A stretch of 64,000 bases of DNA from Eledone cirrhosa (lineage: Eukaryota). Position numbers and translations under genes: made by a program. Under the pieces are notes generated by a model that saw only the letters and a program-made list of their open reading frames with translations, did not search any database and was not told where the DNA came from. The stretch spans positions 2,976,001 through 3,040,000 of the forward strand of contig OZ024751.1 in the NCBI GenBank assembly GCA_964016885.1, read 5' to 3'. Shown here piece by piece: positions 41,010 to 57,200 of this stretch; the first letter of the stretch is position 1, and every line of letters begins with the position of its first letter.

Positions 41010-44000
41010 CTCACCTCAGTCCTATTATTGGGGTTTCATCTCACCACTGTCTTATCACTGAGGTAAGATCTCACCACTGTCTTACCACTGAGGTAACAAC
41101 TCACAACTTTCCTAACACTGAGGTAACAATTTACCACTGTCCTACCATTGATGTAACATCTCACCACCGTCCTAACACTGAGGTAACATCTCACAACTGT
41201 CCTAAAATTGATGTAACAACTCCCAACTGTCCTGCCACTGAGGTAACAACTCACCACTGTCCTACCACTGAGGTTACATCTCACCACTGTCCTGCCATTG
41301 AGGTAACAACTCACCAATGTCCTACCATTGACGTAACAACTCACCACTTTCCTACGACTGAGGTAATATCTCACCACTGTTCTACCATTGGGGTAACAAC
41401 TAACCTCTCTCCTACCACTGATGTAACAACTCACCACTGTCCTACCACTGAGGTAACAATTCACAACTGTCCTACAACTGAGGTAACAACTCACCACTGT
41501 CCTACCACTGAGGTAACAACTCACAACTGTCCTAACACTGAGGTAACAACTCACCAGTGTCCTAACATTGAGGTAACAACTCACAACTGTACTACCACTG
41601 AGGTAACAACTCACCACTGTCGTACCATTGAGGTAACAACTCACAACTGTCCTACCACTGACGTAACAACTCACAACTGTCCTACCACTGAGATTACAAC
41701 TCACCATTGTACTACCACTGAAGTAACATCCCACAACTGTCCTACCACTGAAGTAACATCTCACAACTGTCCTACCACTGAGGTAACATCTCACAACTGT
41801 CTAACCACTGAGGTAACAACTCACAACTGTCCTACCACTGAGGTAACAACTCACAACTGTCCTACCAATGAGGTAAGCACTCACAACTGTCCTACCACTG
41901 AGGAAACATCTCACCACTGTCCTACCACTGAGGTAACATCTCACAATTGTCCCACCACTGAGGTAACAACTAACAACTGTCCTACCACTGAGGTAACAAC
42001 TGACAACTGTCCTACCACTGAGGTAACATCTCACCAGTGTCTTACCACTGAGCTAACATCTCACCACTGTCCTACCATTGATGTAACATCTCACCACCGT
42101 CTTACCACTCAGGTAAAAACTCACCACTGTCCTACCACTGAGGTAACAACTCACAACTGTCCTAACATTGAGGTAACACCTCACAACTGTCCTACCACTG
42201 AGGTAACATCTCACTACTATCCTACCACTGAGGTAACAACTCAGAACTGTCCTACCAATGAGGTAACATCTCACAACTGTCCTACCACAGAGGTAACAAT
42301 TCACCAGTGTCCTAACATTGAGGTAACAACTCACCACTGTCGTACCACTGAGTTAACAACTCACCACTGTCCTACCATTGAGGTAACATCTCACAACTGT
42401 CCTACCACTGAGGTAACAAATCACCACTGTCCTAACATTGAGGTAACAACTGACAACTGTCCTATCACTGAGGTAACAACTCACAACTGTCCTACCACTA
42501 GGGTAACAACTCATAACTGTCCTACCGTTGAGGTAACAACTCAGCACTGTCCTACCATTGAGGTAACAACTCACCTCAGTCCTATTATTGGGGTTTCATC
42601 TCACCACTGTCTTACCACTGAGGTAAGATCTCACCACTGTCTTACCACTGAGGTAACAACATACCACTGTCCTACCATTGATGTAACATCTCACCACCGT
42701 CCTATCACTGAGGTAACATCTCACTACTACCCTAAAATTGAGGTAACAACTCACAACTGTCCTACCACTGAGGTAACAACTCACCACTGTCCTACCATTG
42801 AGGTAACATCTCACCTCTGTCTGACCACTGAGGTAACAACTCACCACTGTCCTACCACTGAGGTTACATCTCACCACTGTTCTACCATTGAGGTAACAAC
42901 TCACCAATGTCCTACCATTGACGTAACAACTCACCAATTTCCTACGACTGAGGTAATATCTCACCACTGTTCTCCATTGGGGTAACAACTCACCTCTCTC
43001 ATACCACTGAGGTAACAACGCACCACTATCCTACCACTGAGGTAACAATTCACAACTGTCCTACCACTGAGGTAACATCTCACAACTGTCCTACCACTGA
43101 AGTAACATCTCACAACTGTCCTACCACTGAGGTAACAACTCACAACTGACCTACCACTGAAGTAACATCTCACAACTGTCCTACCACTGAGGTAACATCT
43201 CACAACTGTCCAACCACTGAGGTAACAACTCACAACTGTTCTACCACTGAGGTAACAACTCACAACTGTCCTACCAATGAGGTAAGAACTCACAACTGTC
43301 CTACCACTGAGGAAACATCTCACCACTGTCCTACCACTGAGGTAACATCTTACAATTGTCCTGCCACTGAGGTAACAACTCACCACTGTCCTACCACTGA
43401 GGTAACAACTGACAACTGTCCTACCACTGAGGTAACATCTCACCAGTGTCTTACCACTGAGCTAACATCTCACCACTGTCCTACCATTGATGTAACATCT
43501 CACCACCGTCTTACCACTCAGGTAACAACTCACCACTGTCCTACCACTGAGGTAACAACTCACAACTGTCCTACCAATGAGGTAACATCTCACCACTGTC
43601 CTACCACTGTGGTAAGATCTCACAACTGTCCTAACATTGAGGTAACAACTCACAACTGTCCTACCACTGAGGTAACAACTCACTACTATCCTACCACTGA
43701 GGTAACAACTCACAACTGTCCTACCAATGAGGTAACATCTCACAACTGTCCTACCACAGAGGTAACAATTCACCACTGTCCTAACATTGAGGTAACAACT
43801 CACAACTGTCCTACCACTGAGGTAACAACTCACCACTGTCCTACCATTGAAGTAACAACTCACCACTCTCCTACCCTTGAGGTAACAACTCACCACTGTC
43901 GTACCACTGAGGTAACAACTCACCACTGTCCTACCATTGAGGTAACATCTCACAACTGTCCTACCACTGAGGTAACAAATCACCACTGTCCTAACATTGA

Positions 44001-44090
44001 GGTAACAACTGACAACTGTCCTATCACTGAGGTAACAACTCACAACTGTCCTACCACTAGGGTAACAACTCATAACTGTCCTACCGTTGA
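41010..44090 (+). repeat. Higher-order duplication of ~1.4-1.6 kb (about 41010-42560 and 42570-44090)
   Basis: Shared ordered variants: CCATTGGGGTAAC (~41385/42974), AATGAGGTAAG(C/A)ACT followed by GAGGAAAC (~41867/43276), GAGCTAAC (~42050/43459) and ACTCAGGTAA (~42107/43516). Confidence 0.8.
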
Positions 44091-47000
44091 GGTAACATCT
44101 CACAACTGTCCTAAAATTGAGGTAACAACTCACAACTGTCCTACCACTGAGGTTACATCTCACCACTGTCCTACCATTGAGGTAACATCTCACCACTGTC
44201 TGACCACTGAGGTAACAACTCACCAGTGTCCTACCACTGAGGTTACATCTCACCACTGTCCTACCATTGAGGTAACAACTCACCAATGTCTTACCATTGA
44301 GGTAACAACTCACCACTTTACTACGACTGAGGTAATATCTCACCACTGTCCTACCGTTGAGGTAACAACTCACCTCTCTCCTACCACTGAGGTAACAACT
44401 CACCACTGTCGTACCTTTGAGGTAACAACTCACCACTGTCCTACCACTGAGGTAACAACTCCCCACTGTCCTACCACTGAGGTAACAACTCACCACTGTC
44501 CTAACATTGAGGTAACAACTGACAACTGTCCTATCACTGAGGTAACAAATCACAACTGTCCTACCACTAGGGTAACAACTCACAGCTGTCCTACCATTGA
44601 GGTAATAACTCAGCACTGTCCTACCATTGAGGTAACAACTCACCTCAGTCCTATTATTGGGATTTCATCTCACCAGTGTCTTACCACTGAGGTAAGATCT
44701 CACCACTGTCTTACCACTGAGGTAACAACTCACCACTGTCCTACCATTGATGTAACATCTCACCACCATCCTAACACTGAGGTAACATTTCACAACTGTC
44801 CTAAAATGGAGGTAACAACTCCCAGCTGTCCTACCACTGAGGTAACAACTCACCACTGTCCTACCATTGAGGTAACATCTCACCACTGTCTGACAACTGA
44901 GGTAACATCTCACCACTGTCCTACCACTGAGGTTACACCTCACCTCTCTCCTACCACTGAGGTAACAACGCAGCACTGTCGTACCACTGAGGTAACAACT
45001 CACCACTGTCCTACCACTGAGGTAACAACTCAGCACTGTCCTACCACTGACGTAACAACTCACCACTGTCCTACCACTGAGGTAACATCTCACAACTGTC
45101 CTACCACTGAGGTAACAATTCACCACTGTCCTAACATTGAGGTAACAACTCACAACTGTCCTACCATTGAGCTAACAACTCACCAATGTCCTACCACTGA
45201 GGTAACAACTCACCACTGTCCTACCATTGAAGTAACAACTCATCACTCTTCTACCATTGAGGTAACAACTCACAACTGTCCTACCACTGAGGTAACAACT
45301 CACCACTGTTCTACCATTGAGGTAACAACTCACAACTGTCCTACCATTGAAGTAACAACTCACCACTCTTCTACTATTGAGGTAACAACTCACGACTGTC
45401 CTACCACTGAGGTAACAACTCACCACTGTCCTACCATTGAGGTAACAACTCACCACTGTCCTACCATTGAAGTAACAACACACCACTCTTCTACCATTGA
45501 GGTAACAACTCACAACTGTCCTACCACTGAGGTAACAACTCACAACTGTCCTACCACTGAGCTAACAACTCACAACTGTCCTACCATTGAGGTAACAACT
45601 CACCACTGTCCTACCGTTGAGGTAACAACTCACAACTGTCCTACCATGGAGGTAAAATCCCACCACTGTCCTGCCATTGAAGTAACATCTCCCCACTGTC
45701 CTACCACTAGGGTAACATCTCACCACTGTCTTACCACTGATGTTACATCTCACCATCTTATTACAACTGAGGTAACAACTCCCCACTGTCCTACCACTGA
45801 GGTAACAACTCACCTCAGTCCTATTATTGAGGTATCATCTCACCACTGTCCTACCATTGATGTAACATCTCACCACCGTCCTAACACCGAGGTAACATCT
45901 CACAAATGTCCTAACATTGAGGTAACAACTCACAACTGTCCTACCACTGAGGTAACAACTCACCACTGTCCTACCATTGATGTAACATCTCACCACCGTC
46001 CTAACACTGAGGTAACATCTCACAACTGTCCTAATTTTGAGTTAAAATCTCACACTGTCCTACCACTGAGGTAACAATTCACCACTGTCCTAACATTGAG
46101 GAAACAACTAACAACTGTCCTACCACTGAGGTAACAACTCACCACTGTCCTACCATTGAGCTAACAACTCACCACTCACCTTCCACTGAGGTACAACTCA
46201 CCACTGTCATACCATTGAAGTAACAACTCACCACTCTCCTACCATTGAGATAACAACTCACAACTGTCCTACCACTGAGGTAACAACTCACAACTGTCCT
46301 ACCATTGAGGTAACAACTCACCACTTTCCTACCGTTGAGGTAACAACTCACAACTGTCCTACCATTGAGGTAACATCTCACAACTGTCCTACCATGGAGG
46401 TAAGATCCCACCACTGTCCTGCCATTGAAGTTACATCTCCCCTCTGTCCTACCATTGATGTACCATGTCTCCACCTTCCTACCATTGAGGTAACATCCCA
46501 CCACTGTCCTGCCATTGAAGTAACATCTCCCCACTGTCCTACCACTGAGGTAACATCTCACCAGTGTCTTACCACTGATGTTACCTCTCACCATCTTCTT
46601 ACAACTGAGGTAACAACTCCCCACTGTCCTACCACAGAGGTAACATCTCACCACTGTCCTACCACTGAGGTAACAACTCACCTCAGTCCTATTATTGGGG
46701 TTTCATCTCACCACTGTCCTACCATTGATGTAAAATCTCACCACCGTCTTATCATGGAGGTAACATCTCACAAATGTCCCAACATTGAGGTAACAAATCA
46801 CAACTTTCCTACCACTGAGGTAACAACTCACCACTGTCCTACCATTGAGGTAACATCTCACCACTGTCTGACCACTGAGGTAACAACTCACTACTGTCCT
46901 ACCAATGAGGTTACATCTCACCACTGTCCTACCATTGAGGTAACAACTCACCAATTTCCTACCATTGAGGTAACAACTCACCACTTTCCTACGACTGAGG

Positions 47001-50000
47001 TAATATCTCACCACTGTCCTACCATTGAGGTAACAACTCACCTCTCTCCTACCAATGAGGTAACAACTCAACACTCTCGTACCACTGAGGTAACAACTCA
47101 CCACTGTCCTACCATTGAGGTAACATCTCACAACTGTCCTACAACTGAGGTAACAACTCCCCGCTGTCCTACCACTGAGGTAACAACTCACCACTGTCCT
47201 AATATTGAGGTAACAACTGCTAACTGTCCTATCACTGAGGTAACAACTCACAACTGTCCTACCACTAGGGTAACAACTCATAACTGTCCTACCATTGATG
47301 TAACAACACAGCACTGTCCTGCCTATGAGGTAACAACTCACCTCAGTCCTATTATTGGGGTTTCATCTCACCACTGTCTTACCACTGAGGTAAGATCTCA
47401 CCACTATCTTACCACTGAGGTAACAATATACCACTGCTCTACCATTGATGTGACATGTCACCACCGTCCTAACACTGAGGTAACATCTCACAACTATCCT
47501 AAAATTGAGGTAACAACTCACCACTGTCCTACCACTGAGGTAACAACTCACCACTGTCCTACCATCGAGGTAACATCTCACCAATGTCCTACCATTGACG
47601 TAACAACTCACCACTTTCCTACGACTGAGGTAATATCTCACCACTGTTCTACCATTGAGGTAACATCTCACATCTGTCCTATCACTGAAGTCACATGTCA
47701 CAACTGTCCTACCACTGAGGTAATAACTCACTATTGTGCTACCCCTGAGGTAACAACTCACCAAAGTCCTACCATTGACGTAACAACTCACCACTTTCCT
47801 ACGTCTGAGGTAATATCTCACCACTGTGCTACCAGTGAGGTAACATCTCATAACTGTCCTACCACTGAGGTAAGATCTCACAACTGTCCTAACATTGAGG
47901 TAACAACTCACAACTGTCCTACCACTAAGGTAACAACTCACCACTGTCCTACCATTGAGCTAACAACTCACCACTCTCCTACCACTGAGGTAACAACTCA
48001 CAACTGTCCTACCACTGAGGTAACAACTCACGACTGCTTACAACTGAGGTAACAACTTACCACTGTCCTAACATTGATGTAACATCTCACCACCGCCCTA
48101 ACACTGAGGTAACATCTCACAACTGTCCTAAAATTGAGGTAACAACTCACAACTATCCTACCACTGAGGTAACAACTCACCACTGTCCTACCATTGAGGT
48201 AACATCTCACCACTGTCTGACCACTGAGTTAACAACTCACCACTGTCCTACCACTGAGGTTACATCTCACCACTGTCCTACCATTGAGGTAACAACTCAC
48301 CAATGTCCTACCATTGACGTAACAACTCACCACTTTCCTACGACTGAGGTAACATCTCACAACTGTCCTAAAATTGAGGTAACAACTCACAACTATCCTA
48401 CCACTGAGGTAACAACTAACCACTGTCCTACCATTGAGGTAACATCTCACCACTGTCTGACCACTGAGGTAACAACTCACCACTGTCCTACCACTGAGGT
48501 TACATCTCACCACTGTCCTACCATTGAGGTAACAACTCACCTCTCTCCTACCCTTGAGGTAACAACTCACCACTTTCCTACCACTGAGGTAACAACTCAC
48601 AACTGTCCTACAACTGAGGTAACAACTCACCACTGTCCTACCACTGAGGTAACAACTCACAACTGTCCTAACACTGAGGTAACAACTCACCACTGTCCTA
48701 ACATTGAGGTAACAACTCACAACTGTCCTACCACTGGGGTAACATCTCACTAGAGTCCTACCACTGAGGTAACAACTCACAACTATCCTAACACTGAAGT
48801 AATAACTCACCACTGTCCTACCACTGAGGTAACAACTCACCACTGTCCTACCACTGAGGTAACAACTCACAACTGTCCTACCACTGAGGAAACATCTCAC
48901 AACTGTCCTACCACTGAGGTAACATCTCACAACTGTCCTACCACTGAAGTAACAACTCACCACTGTCCTACCACTGAGGTAACATCTCACAACTGTCCTA
49001 CCAGTGAAGTAACAACTCAGAACTGTCTTACCACTGAGGTAACAACTCACCACTGTCCTACCACTAAGGTAACAACTCACCACTGTCCTACCAATGAGGT
49101 AACATCTAACCACTGTCCTACCATTGAGGTAATATCTCACCACTGTCTTACCACTGAGGTAACAACTCACAACTGTCCTACCTTGAGGTAACAACTCACC
49201 ACTGTCCTAACATTGAGGTAACATCTCACCACTGTCTGACCACTGAGGTAACAACTCACCACTGTCCTACCACTGAGGTAACATCTCACCACTGTCCTAC
49301 CATTGAGGTAACATGTCACAACTGTCCTACCATTGAGGTAATAACTCACCACTGTGCTACCACTGAGGAAACATCTCACCACTTTCCTACGACTGAGGTA
49401 ACATCTCACAACTGTCCTAAAATTGAGGTAACAACTCACAACTATCCTACCACTGAGGTAACAACTCACCACTGTCCTACCATTGAGGTAACATCTCACC
49501 ACTGTCTGACCACTGAGGTAACAACTCACCACTGTCCTACCACTGAGGTTACATCTCACCACTGTCCTACCATTGAGGTAACAACTCACCTCTCTCCTAC
49601 CCTTGAGGTAACAACTCACCACTTTCCTACCACTGAGGTAACAACTCACAACTGTCCTACAACTGAGGTAACAAATCACCACTGTCCTACCACAGAGGTA
49701 ACAACTCACAACTGTCCTAACACTGAGGTAACAACTCACCACTGTGCTGCCACTGAGGTAACATCTCATAACTGCCCTACAACTGAGGTAAGTTCTCACA
49801 ACTGTCCTAACATTGAGGTAACAACTCACAACTGTCCTACCACTGGGGTAACATCTCACTAGAGTCCTACCACTGAGGTAACAACTCACAACTATCCTAA
49901 CACTGAAGTAATAACTCACCACTGTCCTACCACTGAGGTAACAACTCACCACTGTCCTACCACTGAGGTAACATCTCACAACTGTCTTACCACTGAGGTA

Positions 50001-53000
50001 ACAATTGACTACTGTCCTAACATTGTGGTAACATCTCACAACTGTCGTACCACTGAGGTAACAACTCACCACTGTCCTACCGTTTAGGTAACAACTCACA
50101 ACTGTCCTACCATTGAGGTAACATCTCACAACTGTCCTACCATGGAGGTAAGATCCCACCACTGTCCTGCCATTGAAGTAACATCTCCCCACTGTCCTAC
50201 CACTGATGTACCATCTCCCCACCTTCCTACCATTGAGGTAACATCCCACCACTGACCTGCCATTGAAGTAACATCTCCCCACTGATCTACCACTGAGGTA
50301 ACATCTCACCACTGTCTTACCACTGATGTTACATCTCACCATCTTCTTACAACTGAGGTAACAACTCCCCACTGTCCTACCACAGAGGTAACATCTCACC
50401 ACTGTCCTACCACTGAGGTAACAACTCACGTCAGTCCTATTATTGGGGTTTCATCTCACCACTGTCTTACCACTGAGGTAAGATCTCACCAGTGTCTTAC
50501 CACTGTCCTACCATTGATGTAACATCTCACCACCGTCCTAACACAGAGGTAACATCTCACAACTGTCCTAACATTGAGGGAACAACTCACAACTGTCCTA
50601 CCACTGAGGTAACAACTCACCACTGTCCTACCATTGATATAACATCTCACCACCGTCCTAACACTGAGGTAACATATGACAACTGTCCTAACATTGAGGT
50701 AACAACTCACAACTGTCCTCCCACTGAGGTAACAACTCACCACTGTCCTACCATTGAGGTAACATCTCACCACTGTCTGACGACTGAGGTAACAACGCAC
50801 CACTGTCCTACCACTAAGGTTACATCTCACCACTGTCCTACCATTGAGGTAACAAATCACCAATGTCCTACTATTGAGGTAACAACTCACCTCTCTCCTA
50901 CCACTGAGGTAATAACTCAGCACTGTCGTAAAACTGAGGTAACAACTCACCACTGTCCTACCTCTGAGGTAACATCTCACAACTGTCCTATCACTGAGGT
51001 AACAACTCCCCACTGTCCTACCACAGAGGTAACATCTCACCACTGTCCTACCATTGAGGTAACAACTTACAACTATCCTACCATTGAGGTAACAACTCAC
51101 CACTGTCCTAACATTGAGGTAACAACTGACAACTGTCCTATCCTTGAGGTAACAACTCACAAATGTCCTACAACTAGGGTAACAACTCACAACTGTCCTA
51201 CCATTGAGGTAACAACTCAGCACTGTCCTACCATTGAGGTAACAACTCACCTCAGTCCTATTATTGGGGTTTCATCTCACCACTGTCTTACCACTGAGGT
51301 AAGATCTCACCACTGTCTTACCACTGAGGTAACAACTCACCACTGTCCTACCATGGATGTAACATCTCACCACTGTCTGACCACTGAGGTAACAACTCAC
51401 CACTGTCTGACCACTGACGTAACAACTCACCACTGTCCTAACACTGAGGTAACATCTCACAACTGTCCTAAAATTGAGGTAACATCTCACAACTGTCCTA
51501 CCACTGAGGTAACATCTCACCACTGTCTGACCACTGAGGTAACAACTCACCACTGTCTGACCACTGAGGTAACAACTCACCACTGTCCTACCACTGAGGT
51601 AATATCTCACCACTGTCCTAACATTGAGGAAACAACTTACAACTGTCCTACCACTGAGATTACAACTCACCACTGTCCTACCACTGAGCTAACATCTCGC
51701 AACTGTCCTACCATTGAGGTAACAACTCATAACTGTCCTACCACTGAGGTAACAACTCACAACTGTCCTAACACTGAGGTAACAACTCACAACTGTGTTA
51801 CCACTGAGGTAACAACTCACCACTGTCCTACCACTGAGGTAACAAATGACAACTGTCCTACCACTGAGGTAACATCTCGCAACTGTCCTACCATTGAGGT
51901 AACAACTCATAACTGTCCTACCACTGAGGTAACAACTCACAACTGTCCTAACACTGAGGTAACAACTCACAACTGTCCTACCACTCAGATAACATCTCAC
52001 CTCCGTCCTACCAATGAGGTAACAACTCACAACTGTCCTAACACTGAGGTAACAACTCACAACTGTCCTACCACTGAGGTAACAACTCACCTCCGTCCTA
52101 CCACTGAGGTAACATCTCACCACTGTCCTACCACTGAGGTAACACCTCACAACTGTCCTACCAGTGAAGTAACAACTCAGAACTGTCCTACCACTGAAGT
52201 AATAACTCACAACTGTCTTACAACTGAGGTAACATCTCACCAGTGTCTTACCACTGAGGTTACAACTCACCACTGTCCTAACATTGATGTAACATCTCAC
52301 CACCGTCTTACCACTGAGGTAACAACTCACCACTGTCCTACCACTGAAGTAACAACTCACCACTGTCCTACCAGTGAGGTAACATCTCACCACTGTCCTA
52401 CCACTGAGGTAATATCTCACCACTGTCTTATCACTGAGATAACAACTCACAACTGTCCTAAAACTGAGGTAACATATCACCACTTACTTACCACTGAGGT
52501 AACAACTCACCACTGTACTACCACTGAGGTAACATCTCACCACTCTCCTACCATTAAGGTAATAGCTCACCACTGTACTACCACTGTGGTAACAACTCAC
52601 CTTTGTACTACTACTGTGGTACAACTCATTGAGGTAAGAACTCACCACTGCTTTGAAACTGAGGTAACAACTCACCACTATCCCACCACTGAGGTAATAG
52701 TTCACCACTGTCCTTCCTTTGAGGTAACAACAGACAACTATCCTACCTTTGATGTAACAACTCACCACTGTCCAACCACAGAGGTAACAGCTCACCACTG
52801 TCCTTCCTTTGAGGTAACATCTGACTACTGTCATTCCACTGCGGTAACAACTCGCCATTGTGCTACCCTTGAGGTAAAAACTCACCACTGTCCTACCATT
52901 GAGGTAACAACTCACCACTGTCCTACCTTTGGGGTAACAATTCATCACTGTCCGACCATTGAGCTAATAACTCACAACTGTGCTACCATTGAGGTAAAAA

Positions 53001-54239
53001 CTCACACACTGTCCAAACCATTGAGGTAACATCTCATCACTGTCCTACCATTGAGGTAACAACAGACCACTCTCCTACCTTTGAGGTAACAACTCACCAC
53101 TGTCCTACCCCTGAGGTAACATCTCACCACTCTCCAACAATTAGGGTAACATCTCACCACTGTAGTACAATTGTGGTAACAATTCACCGCTGTACTACCA
53201 CTGCGGTATCATCTCACCAGTGTCCAATAATTGAGGTGACAACTCACCACTGTCCTACCATTGAGGTGACAACTCACCATTGTCCTAGCATTGAGGTAAC
53301 ATCACACCACTGTCTGACCACAGAAGTAACAACTCACCACTGTCCTACCACTGAGGTTACATCTCACCACTGTCCTACCATTGAGGTAAAAACTCACCAA
53401 TGTCCTACCACTGACGTAACAACTCACCACTGTCCTAACATTGAGGTAACAACTGACAACTGTCCTACCACTGAGGTAACAACTCACAACTGTCTTAGCA
53501 CTAGGGTAACAACTCACAACTGTCCTACCATTGAGGTAACAACTCAGCCCTGTGCTTTTATTGGGGTTTCATCTCACCACTGTCTTACCACTGAGGTGAG
53601 ATCTCACCACTGTCTTACCACTGAGGTAACAACTCACCACTGTCCTACCATTGATGTAACATCTCACCACCGTCCTAACACTGAGGTAACATCTCACAAC
53701 TGTCCTAAAATTGAGCTAACGTCTCACCACTGTCTGAACACTGAGGTAACAACTCACCACTGTCCTACCACTGAGGTTACATCTCACCACTGTCCTACCA
53801 TTGAGGTAACAACTCACCACTGTCCTACCTTTGGGGTAACAATTCATCACTGTCCGACCATTGAGCTAATACCTCACAACTGTGCTACCATTGAGGTAAC
53901 ATCTCACCACTGTCCTACCATTGACGTAACAACAGACCACTCTCCTACCTTTGAGGTAACAACTCACCACTGTCCTACCCCTGAGGTAAGAACTCACCAC
54001 ATTCCTACCAATGAGGTAGCAACTCACCACTGTCCTACCACTGAGGTAACAACTCACCACTGTCCTACCACTGAGGTAACAACTCACAACTGTCCTACAA
54101 CTGAGGTAACAACTCACCACTGTCCTACCACTGAGATAACAACTCACCACTGTCCTAAAATTGAGGTAACAACTCACAACTGTCCTACCACTGAGGTAAC
54201 AACTCACCACTGTCGTACCATTCAGGTAACAACTCACAA

Positions 54240-57200
54240 CTGTCCTACTACTGTCATACCCTTGAGGTAACAACTCAACACTGTCGTACCATTGAGGTAA
54301 CAACTCACAACTGTCCTACCTTTGAGGTAACAACTCACAACTGTCCTACCACTGAAGTAACATCTCAAAACTGTCCTACCACTGAGGTAACAACTCACAA
54401 TTGTCCTACCACTGAGGTAACAACTCAGCACTGTCCTACCATTGAGGTAACAACTCACAACAGTCCTACCACTGAGGTAACAACTCACAACTGTCCTACC
54501 ACTGAGGTAACATCTCACAATTGTCCTACCACTGAGGTAACAAGTCACAACTGTCCTACCACTGAGGTAACAACTCACCACTGTCCTACCACTGAGGTAA
54601 CAACTGACAACTGTCCTACCACTGAAGTAACATCTCACCAGTGTCTTACCAGTGAGGTAACATCTCACCACTGTCCTACCATTGATGTAACATCTCACCA
54701 CCGTCTTACCACTGAGGTAAAAACTCACCACTGTCCTACCATTGATGTAACATCTCACCACTGTCCTACCACTGAGGTAACAACTCACCACTGTCCTACC
54801 ACTGAGGTAACATCTCACCACTGTCCTACCATTGAGGTAACAACTCACCACTTTCCTACAACTGAGGTAATATCTCACATCTGTCCTACCATTGAGGTAA
54901 CAACTCACCTCTCTCCTTCCACTGAGGTAACAACTCACCACTGTCGTACAATTGAGGTAACAACTCACCGCTGTCCTACCACTGATGTAACATCTCACAA
55001 CTGTCCTACCACTGAACAAACAACTCAACACTGTCCTACCACTGAGGTAACATCTCACCACTGTCCTACCATTGAGGTAACAACTCTTCTCTCTCCTACC
55101 ATTGAGGTAAGAATTTACCACTGTCCTACCACTGAGGTAACACATCACAACTGTCCTACAACTGAGATAACAACTCTCCACTGTTTTACCACTGAGGTAA
55201 CAACTCATAACTGTCCTACCACTGAGGTAACAACGCACCACTGTCCTACCATTGAGGTAACAACTCACAACTGCCCTAATATGAGGTAATATCTCATCAA
55301 TGTCCTACCATTGAGGTAACATCTCACCAATTTCCTACCACTGAGGTAACAACTCTCCACTGTACTACCACTGAGGTAAAATCTCACCACTCTCCTACCA
55401 TTAAGGTAATAGCTCACCACTGTACTACCACTGTGGTAACAACTCACCATTGTACTACTACTGTGGTACAACTCACCACTATCCTACCACTGAGGTAACA
55501 ACTCACAACTGTCCTACAACTGAGGTAACAACTCACCACTGTCCTACCACTGAGGTAACAACTCACCACTGTCCGAACATTGAGGTAACAACTCAAAACT
55601 GTCCTACCATTGAGGTAACAACTCACCACTGTCCTACCACTGAGGTAACAACTCATAACTGTACTACAACTGAGGTAACAACTCACCACTGTCCTAAAAG
55701 TGAGGTAACAACTCACAACTGACCTACTACTGTCCTACCACTGAGGTAACAACTCAACACTCTCGTACCATTGCGGTAACAGCTCACAACTGTCCTACCA
55801 CTGAGGTAACAACTCACCACTCTCCTACCACTGAGGTAACATCTCACAACTGTCCTACCACTGAGGTAACAACTCACCACTGTCCTACCACTGAGCTAAC
55901 AACTCACAACTGTCCTACAACTGAGGTAACAACTCACCACTGTCCTACCAAAGAGGTAACAACTCACCACTGTCCTAAAATTGAGGTAACAACTCACAAC
56001 TGTCCTACCACTGAGGTAACAACTCACCACTGTACTACCACTGAGGTAACATCTCACAATTGTCCTACCACTGGGGTAACAAGTCACAACTGTCCTACCA
56101 CTGAGGTAACAACTCACAATTATCCTACCATGAGGTGACATCTCACCACTGTCCTACCACTGAGATAACATCTCACAACTGTCCTACCACTGAAGTAACA
56201 ACTCACCACTGTCTTACCACTGAGGTAACAACTCACCACTGTCCTACCAGTGAGGTAACAACTGACAACTGTCCTACCACTGAGGTAACATCTCACCAGT
56301 GTCTTACCAGTGAGGTAACATCTCACCACTGTCCTACCATTGATGTAACATCTCACCACCGTCTTACAACTGAGGTAAAAACTCACCACTGTCCTACCAT
56401 TGAGGTAACATCTCACCACTGTCTGACCAATGAGGTAACAACTCACCACTGTCCTACCACTGAGGTAACATCTCACCACTGTCCTACCATTGAGGTAACA
56501 ACTCACCACTTTCCTACGACTGAGGTAATATCTCACCTCTGTCCTACCATTGAGGTAACAACTCACCTCACTCCTTCCACTGAGGTAACAACTCACCACT
56601 GTCGTACAATTGAAGTAACAACTCACCACCGTCCTACCACTGAGGTAACATCTCACAACTGTCCTACCACTGAACAAACAACTCACCACTGTCCTACCAC
56701 TGAGGTAACATCTCACCACTGTCCTACCATTGAGGTAACAACTCTCCTCTCTCCTACCGTTGAGGTAACAATTTACCACTGTCCTACCACTGAGGTAACA
56801 AATCACAACTGTCCTACAACTGAGATAACAACTCTCCACTGTCTTACCACTGAGGTAACAACTCACCACAGTCCTAAAATTGAGGTAACAACTCACAACT
56901 GTCCTACAACTGAGGTAACAACTCACCACTGTCCTACCACTGAGGTAACAACTCACCACAGTCCTAAAATTGAGGTAACAACTCACAACTGTCCTACCAC
57001 TGAGGTAACAACTCACCACTGTCGTACCATTCAGGTAACAATCACAACTGTCCTACTACTGTCATACCACTGAGGTAACAACTCAACACTGTCGTCCCAT
57101 TGAGGTAACAACTCACAACTGTCCTACCTTTGAGGTAACAACTCACAACTGTACTACCACTGAAGTAACATCTCACAACTGTCCTACCACTGAGTTAACA

